NCBI GenBank assembly: GCA_046482735.1
Contig: JAWOEL010000112.1
Location: forward strand, 1 to 53,219
Source of the DNA: Bacteroidales bacterium
Lineage (GTDB): Bacteria; Bacteroidota; Bacteroidia; Bacteroidales; UBA1715
Length of the DNA: 53,219 bases
Direction: 5' to 3'
Shown: positions 47,508 through 53,219 of the stretch, one piece after another
Layout of the letters: each line of letters opens with the position of its first letter
Numbering within the stretch: position 1 is the first letter of the stretch
Position numbers and translations under genes: made by a program
The notes under the pieces: model-generated
The model's input: only the letters and a program-made list of their open reading frames with translations
Told to the model about the DNA's origin: nothing
The model's database searches: none

Positions 47508-48418
47508 ATATAACTATAGGAACCCGAGGGAGTAAACTTGCGTTATGGCAATCATACGCAGTAAAAAATCTCATAGAAGAGACACACCCTGATATATCTG
47601 TAAACATAAAAACCATACAAACAAAAGGTGATAAAATACTTGATGTTGCATTATCAAAGATTGGGGACAAAAATCTGTTTACTAAAGAAATAGAAAATCA
47701 ACTACATGATGTATCGATAGATATTGCGGTTCATAGTTTAAAAGATTTACCAACAGAATTACCCGAAGGACTCACAATAGGAGCTGTGCTGCCACGAGCA
47801 GAAAAAAGAGATGTGCTGCTGTCGGCTCACAACAAAACATTATCTGATTTAACTCCCAACGACACCATAGCAACCTCCTCATTACGACGCCGAGCAGCTT
47901 TACTTGCCTGGAACCCGGATTTACATATAATAGATATACGAGGAAATATAGACACCCGTATACAAAAAATGGAAAACGGATATTGCGACGCTATCATAAT
48001 GGCAGCAGCCGGTGTGCAAAGACTTTCTTTGGACCATAAAATTACAGAGTTTATTAGTGAAAATATTATTACTCCGGCTGTTAGTCAGGGAATAATTGCT
48101 ATTGAATGCCGAAAAAATGATACAAACATTTCGGACATATTACACCATATAAACGACGAAAACACTGCTATCTCTGCTTCAGCAGAGCGTGCTTTTCTCC
48201 ACGCTATGCATGGTGGATGCCAATTACCACTGGGTTGTGTGAGTTCTATTTCACACAATACAATATATATGAATGGATTTATTGCAACAGTTGACGGAAA
48301 AAAATGCATTAAACACTCACTATCAGGACCAGTACATGCTGCACAAACAATTGGCAAACAATTGGCTGACCAATTTTACTCATCCGGTGCACAAGAAATA
48401 TTGAACACTATTCTATGA
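47504..48418 (+). CDS. hemC: Hydroxymethylbilane synthase (porphobilinogen deaminase)
   Basis: ITIGTRGSKLALWQ..., HSLKDLPT. Apparent TTG start overlapping the hemA stop, with no in-frame ATG nearby. Confidence 0.92.
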   Translation: MNITIGTRGSKLALWQSYAVKNLIEETHPDISVNIKTIQTKGDKILDVALSKIGDKNLFTKEIENQLHDVSIDIAVHSLKDLPTELPEGLTIGAVLPRAEKRDVLLSAHNKTLSDLTPNDTIATSSLRRRAALLAWNPDLHIIDIRGNIDTRIQKMENGYCDAIIMAAAGVQRLSLDHKITEFISENIITPAVSQGIIAIECRKNDTNISDILHHINDENTAISASAERAFLHAMHGGCQLPLGCVSSISHNTIYMNGFIATVDGKKCIKHSLSGPVHAAQTIGKQLADQFYSSGAQEILNTIL

Positions 48419-49167
48419 CACAAACAATTATTACAACAGGTAGTATAGATAGTTCTCTTTCACTGGCAAGCGAACTGGCAAAAAAAGGGAAACAAGTATA
48501 TTCTCTTCCTATGATTAAAATTTCTCCTGTAGCAGACAAACACGACATTCAGCACACCTGTAATACAATCGAAACCTACGATTGGATAATTTTTACAAGT
48601 AAACACGGCGTTTCATATTTTTTTGATGAATTATATACATATACACACAGTTATAAAATCCCGAAACACATACACATAGCTTGCATTGGAAATAAAACAG
48701 CTATACAATTAGATGCATACTCTCATTCAGCCGATTATATTTCGCAATCAAATAATGGATTAGATTTTGCCCGGGAAATACAAACACGTATTAGTAAACA
48801 TTCTCCCAATCATGTGTCTCTACTATTTCCAACAGGTAATTTAACAGACAACAAAATAGCACAACACATACCGGCACATGCTTCTATAAAACAACTAATT
48901 GTATATAATACTATTCGTCCCCAAACGTATAACAAGAAAATAGTATCGTTGATAGCAGATAATGCTTATGATTACATTATTTTCACGAGTTCATCCGGTG
49001 TACAACATTTTGTTGAACTATGTGCTGAATCAATAAAAATAGCCGGCATCAAAGCTCTCAGCATAGGTCCATCAACCACAAAAACACTCAAAGAGGCAGG
49101 AGTACAATCAATTACACAAGCACAAGAATACACAATTGAGGGAATTGTAAAACAAATTGCACCATAA
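48415..49167 (+). CDS. hemD: Uroporphyrinogen-III synthase
   Basis: 250 aa. Its ATG overlaps the hemC stop (ATGA). HemD-like duplicated ...IIFTS.. motifs (WIIFTSKHGV, YIIFTSSSGV). Operon context hemA-hemC-hemD. Confidence 0.75.
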   Translation: MTQTIITTGSIDSSLSLASELAKKGKQVYSLPMIKISPVADKHDIQHTCNTIETYDWIIFTSKHGVSYFFDELYTYTHSYKIPKHIHIACIGNKTAIQLDAYSHSADYISQSNNGLDFAREIQTRISKHSPNHVSLLFPTGNLTDNKIAQHIPAHASIKQLIVYNTIRPQTYNKKIVSLIADNAYDYIIFTSSSGVQHFVELCAESIKIAGIKALSIGPSTTKTLKEAGVQSITQAQEYTIEGIVKQIAP

Positions 49168-49168
49168 A

Positions 49169-50641
49169 CTATTTTTTCCAAAATGCCGGAGAAAACAAAA
49201 TAAGCACCGTAAACAATTCCAAACGTCCACAAAGCATCATAAAAGATAAAAACCATTTAGCCGGAGCAGACAAAAATGCGTAATTATCCATCGGACCAAC
49301 GTGCCCAATTCCCGGCCCCACATTACCAAGTGTAGCCACTACAGAACCAAGAGCAGTATCCAGATTATATCCCAAACCAGACATAATGACAACTCCGGAG
49401 ACATATACTAAAATATAAATTACAATATATGCCAGAATATTTGTAATAATTTTTTGTGACACAGTTTGTTTATTAAGCCGCAAAGGAATAATTGCATTAG
49501 GATGAATCAACCGTTTGAATTCGAAGTAACTATGTTTTGCCAACAATACAATACGCACAACCTTAATTCCCCCACTTGTAGACCCGGCACTTGCTCCAAA
49601 AAACATAAGCAAAAATACAAACATAGTAGCCAAAGGTGGCCAACTAAGATAATCGGCAGACACATAGCCGGTAGTAGTACCTATAGAAACCACCTGAAAT
49701 AATGAATCTCTAAAAATACGTTCGACCGATGCAAGAGTAAACTCCGACACAGACGACACACTATAAGCCAGAACAGTTATCGTAATAACAACCGTAAAAA
49801 AAACTATAATACCAATATACTTTCGAAACTCTTCATTAGACCACACATTATTAAACTTCGCATGAATAGCATAATAAGAAAGCGTAAAATTGACCCCAGC
49901 CAAAAACATAAAAAATGTAATAACATACTGGATATAGGGCGATTGCTGAACGATACTTGCATTATATGTAGAAAAACCACCCGACGACATTGTTGTAAAA
50001 GCATGATTGACCGAATCGAATAAAGACATGCCACCATACAATAATAAAAGCACCTGCAAAACCGTAAAAAATAAATAAATTAAATATAAACGCTGTGCAG
50101 TATCTTTTACTTTCGGATGAATTTTATCTTTTGTAGGCCCGGGCACCTCAGCAGTATAAAGCTGCATACCACCAATTCCCAAAATAGGAAGAATTGCAAG
50201 CGACAACACAATAATACCCATACCACCAAGCCACTGAGTCATACTTCTCCACAACAACAAACCTTTAGGCACAGACTCTATATCGTTCAAAATAGAAGCA
50301 CCGGTAGTTGTGAGCCCCGAAATGGTTTCAAAAAAAGCATTCGTAAAATTAGGTATATCACCAGATAAAATAAAAGGTAAACTACCAAACAACGAAAACA
50401 CAACCCAAACAGAACTTACTATAATATACCCTTCACGTTTACCAATATCTTTATCTGCTTTTTTAAATACATACGTCAAAAACAAACCTACCATACCAGT
50501 AATAACAGATGAAACAAGAAGAGGATATATACTTTCTGCATACAATACAGACACAAACAAACACAATAATAGTGCTCCAGCCTCTATAAGTAAGAAATTA
50601 CCAATAATAAATGAAATTGCTTTAATATTTAACTGTTTCAT
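49169..50641 (-). CDS. trkH: Trk-type potassium uptake protein, membrane subunit
   Basis: 490 aa polytopic protein. Repeated selectivity-filter-like segments (ISGLTTTGAS, TMSSGGFST, GTTTGYVS, SAGSTSGGIK). Confidence 0.9.
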   Translation of the reverse strand: MKQLNIKAISFIIGNFLLIEAGALLLCLFVSVLYAESIYPLLVSSVITGMVGLFLTYVFKKADKDIGKREGYIIVSSVWVVFSLFGSLPFILSGDIPNFTNAFFETISGLTTTGASILNDIESVPKGLLLWRSMTQWLGGMGIIVLSLAILPILGIGGMQLYTAEVPGPTKDKIHPKVKDTAQRLYLIYLFFTVLQVLLLLYGGMSLFDSVNHAFTTMSSGGFSTYNASIVQQSPYIQYVITFFMFLAGVNFTLSYYAIHAKFNNVWSNEEFRKYIGIIVFFTVVITITVLAYSVSSVSEFTLASVERIFRDSLFQVVSIGTTTGYVSADYLSWPPLATMFVFLLMFFGASAGSTSGGIKVVRIVLLAKHSYFEFKRLIHPNAIIPLRLNKQTVSQKIITNILAYIVIYILVYVSGVVIMSGLGYNLDTALGSVVATLGNVGPGIGHVGPMDNYAFLSAPAKWFLSFMMLCGRLELFTVLILFSPAFWKK

Positions 50642-50696
50642 GCACTAAGAACTATACAACTCTCACAATATGTGATATTATCAACTGTGTAAAAAT

Positions 50697-52064
50697 TTAC
50701 TTTTGTTTTTTATTTTTTTCAAATAATTTCTGCACGTCTGCCATAGCAGTTGGTTTGGTAAAAACCAATACTTTATCGTGCGGCTGTATTTGTGTTTTAC
50801 CAGAAGCAATAAAAGCACGTTTACCACGCACCACTCCACCAATTACTGCTTCATCGGGAAAATCAATATCCATAAGAGGTGCAGAACAAATTTTCATACT
50901 CTCATGCACATTTATTTCGAGAATTTGAGCTTCAGACTGCGTTAAATGACGAGTAGAAGAAATCTCTGTTTTTTCGCCCAGCGTATATTTATGAATAGTA
51001 TTAGCTGCAATTGTTTTTTTGTTTATTATAGTATCTATACCTATATCTATTGCCAATGACACATAATCCATATTCTCAACCTCAGCAATAGTTCGTTTTA
51101 CCCCTATTCTTTTGGCTAAATAACAAGATAAAATATTTGTTTCAGAATTTCCTGTTGTTGCTATAAATACATCAGTTGAGCGAACTCCCTCTTCTACCAA
51201 CAAATCTGTACTCCGTCCGTCACCATTAATAATTAATGTATTATCTAAACTATTGGCCAGTTTATGAGATTTTTTAGTATCAATTTCAATCAATTTAACA
51301 TCAAATTGATTTTGTAATTTTTTTGCTGTAGCCTGACCAGTTCTACTACCACCTAAAATAATAACTTTACGTATTGCCAACTTTTTCTTACCGAACTTTT
51401 CCAACATTGGGTTTACCCCTTTCCTATTGCTTACAATGTACACAAGATCATCCGGTTTACATATATCGTCACCTTTCGGTATAAGTGTGGAAAAATTTCT
51501 TTTAATGGCAATTACTCTATAATTATCAAAATCTTCACTTCGTCCATTTACTTCTTCCAAATATTTCCCAACCACATCATTGGTTTCCTCTATTTTTATT
51601 ACAAATAAAGACAATAAACCATCAGCAAAATCAAAAAATTCACGTGTAGCTGATTGCTGTATAAACTTTGCTATTTCCTGAGCAGCTAAAGATTGTGGAT
51701 AAATAACAGAATCTATACCAATATTTTCGAACAATTGCTTATTTTTTCTCTCCAACAATTCCGGACTTCTTACCCGAGCAATTGTTTGAGGTGCCCCCAA
51801 TTGTTTAGCTATAACAGCAGAAGAAATATTCATTTCTGGAAAATGCGTTACCGCTATATACAAATCACATTCAGACACTTTTGCCTGACTCAGTACAGAA
51901 ATTGACAGAGCTGACCCCTCAATAGTTAAAATATCCAAATGAAGGGACAACAAATGAAGTTCTGTAGAAGAAACATCTATTACCGTGATATTATGATTAT
52001 CATAGGCTAAAATTTTTGCAAGATGTTTGCCAACCTCTCCTGCTCCTGAAATTACAATATTCAT
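50697..52064 (-). CDS. trkA: Trk system NAD-binding subunit
   Basis: Two RCK/TrkA-N modules (MNIVISGAGEVGKHLA; VIILGGSRTGQATA). It is adjacent to trkH. Confidence 0.9.
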   Translation of the reverse strand: MNIVISGAGEVGKHLAKILAYDNHNITVIDVSSTELHLLSLHLDILTIEGSALSISVLSQAKVSECDLYIAVTHFPEMNISSAVIAKQLGAPQTIARVRSPELLERKNKQLFENIGIDSVIYPQSLAAQEIAKFIQQSATREFFDFADGLLSLFVIKIEETNDVVGKYLEEVNGRSEDFDNYRVIAIKRNFSTLIPKGDDICKPDDLVYIVSNRKGVNPMLEKFGKKKLAIRKVIILGGSRTGQATAKKLQNQFDVKLIEIDTKKSHKLANSLDNTLIINGDGRSTDLLVEEGVRSTDVFIATTGNSETNILSCYLAKRIGVKRTIAEVENMDYVSLAIDIGIDTIINKKTIAANTIHKYTLGEKTEISSTRHLTQSEAQILEINVHESMKICSAPLMDIDFPDEAVIGGVVRGKRAFIASGKTQIQPHDKVLVFTKPTAMADVQKLFEKNKKQK

Positions 52065-52327
52065 GTATATATATTTAAACTAAGTAATATAACTGTAAAA
52101 TAAGTCTTATTCACATTGGTATACATCACATCAAAAATAATCTGTTCGCTGTGTTAAATTTTTGTGCAATTAATAGTATTCTTCTGATTTTTGCAAATTT
52201 AACAAAAAAATGTTACACATAATTTTATTCTATTCCACAAAAACACAGTACACAGTCTATCAATATAATATCATACATTATCAGGAATTCGATAGATTAT
52301 GCACATCATATTAATACCATACAATAC

Positions 52328-52786
52328 TTATGCATCACACACATCCGCATATACTGCCAACAACTTTTTCTCTTCATGTTCCCAATTCAATACAGACGCA
52401 GCCTGTTTAGCATGTGCTTCATATCTATTATATTTTTCTGTATCAGAAAGCATACCCATCATCTGTTGAGCTAGGTTATACGGATTTCTCTGCTGAACAA
52501 TCTCTCCACACATATACTGAGTTACAATATTTTTCATTTCAGGCAAATCCGACACAAGAATAGGAACATGTGATTGTATATAATCAAATATTTTATTTGG
52601 TAATGCATAATAATAATTGAGCCCGATATGTTCTTCCAAAGAAACCCCCAATACTGCTCCACAAGTATATGAAAACAACTGCGAATAGGGAATTTGCCCC
52701 ATGCATATAACAGTATCAGTCAAATCTGCCTCAGCAATTTGTTTTTGAATCTGCGTCATCAAATTTCCACTCCCGATTATTACTAC
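52328..52786 (-). pseudogene. Glycosyltransferase (GT4-like) C-terminal fragment, 5'-truncated at a compositional break
   Basis: VVIIGSGNLMTQIQ...NYYYALPNKIFDYIQSHVPILVSDLPEMKNIV...CGEIV is the C-terminal half of a GT-B enzyme. The first ~35 codons of the 187-aa track ORF are antisense of the GC-rich fragment. Confidence 0.6.
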
Positions 52787-52860
52787 CGCCCCGGCGACCG
52801 CTCCCGCCGGGAGGATGATCGCTATCTCTTCCTGGAGGCCCTGCTCTCTGCCCGGGAGCG

Positions 52861-53219
52861 ATGATAGACGAGATACAGAAGGTCCCGGCACTGTTGAACG
52901 AGGTCCACTGGTTATATGAAAATAAAGGAATTCATTTCGCTCTTTGCGGTTCCAGCGCCAGGAAAGTTACTTCCGAAGGAGTAAATCTGCTCGGGGGACG
53001 GGGAATCAGGTATGAAATGTACGGATTAAGCGCCTCAGAACTGGATGACGATTTCGACCTTATCCGAATGTTGAACAACGGATACCTGCCCCCGCACTAT
53101 ATTTCAAACAAACCGGAACGGATGCTCAACGCATATATCTCTACATACCTCAAGGAAGAAATTGCCGCCGAAGGACTTGTCCGGAGGCTCCCCGCTTATT
53201 CCGATTTCCTTAGCATCGC
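52861..53219 (+). pseudogene. AAA ATPase (AAA_14/DUF4143 family) fragment without the Walker A region; runs off the window end
   Basis: My translation: MIDEIQKVPALLNEVHWLYENKGIHFALCGSSARKVTSEGVNLLGGRGIRYEMYGLSASELDDDFDLIRMLNNGYLPPHYISNKPERMLNAYISTYLKEEIAAEGLVRRLPAYSDFLSI. There is a stop 45 nt upstream in-frame. A different frame at 52813-52860 reads DDRYLFLEALLSARER, possibly the displaced N-terminus. Confidence 0.6.

Noticed and set aside
52328-52891. 187-aa ORF taken at face value as an intact gene.
   Set aside because: Its first ~35 codons (MPGPSVSRLSSLPGREQGLQEE...) are encoded by the GC-rich fragment on the wrong strand of the ATPase remnant. Only the part from VVIIGSG is glycosyltransferase-like.
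1-53219. CRISPR arrays, rRNA genes and additional tRNA genes.
   Set aside because: I found no regularly spaced direct repeats with unique spacers. I also found no rRNA-like conserved blocks and no other sequence with a T-arm (GGTTCGA-type) in a foldable cloverleaf context.

Overview
Visibly AT-rich chromosomal segment with Bacteroidota hallmarks: an rpsF-rpsR-rplI operon, TTTG/TAnnTTTG promoter boxes, ECF sigma/FecR pairs, an STN domain and many lipoprotein or OMP genes. Core content in order: outer-membrane protein, GT4 glycosyltransferase, HTH regulator plus MnmD-like methyltransferase, two ECF sigma modules, STN-barrel protein, RCC1-propeller protein, flippase-like membrane protein, uvrA, a third ECF-type sigma factor, rpsF-rpsR-rplI, gltBD, methylmalonyl-CoA mutase mutAB, birA, TlpA-like thioredoxin, MarC, an OMP/lipoprotein/PEGA-trypsin operon, tRNA-Phe(GAA), CoA-binding protein, lepA, gltX, GSCFA protein, ruvC, hemACD and trkHA. 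Two regions stand out. (i) 5380-10899 is an intact ECF sigma/FecR module whose outer-membrane partner is not a TonB-dependent transporter. It is an STN domain fused through a QTRT-repeat linker to a small predicted beta-barrel, followed by a large secreted RCC1-propeller protein. This is my best candidate for an undescribed signalling system. (ii) 35392-40038 is a decayed island abutting tRNA-Phe. It holds a tyrosine-recombinase remnant, an ankyrin-repeat lipoprotein, internally deleted IS1182-like remnants and two unrelated toxin-antitoxin cassettes: FicA/FicT with a frameshift, and a small ORF plus a zeta/COG4185-like P-loop kinase with two in-frame TAA codons. Each cassette is bracketed by the same two repeat families in the same order, which gives an integron-like cassette layout. 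Other decay signs are a transposase-like pseudogene fused tail to tail with a truncated modA, and an abrupt switch to GC-rich sequence near 52787 that truncates both a glycosyltransferase and an AAA ATPase gene. That switch could be foreign DNA or an assembly chimera. I saw no rRNA gene or CRISPR array, and tRNA-Phe is the only tRNA I recognised. All functional calls rest on motifs I recognised in the translated ORFs and on hand inspection of the DNA. No database search or folding program was run.
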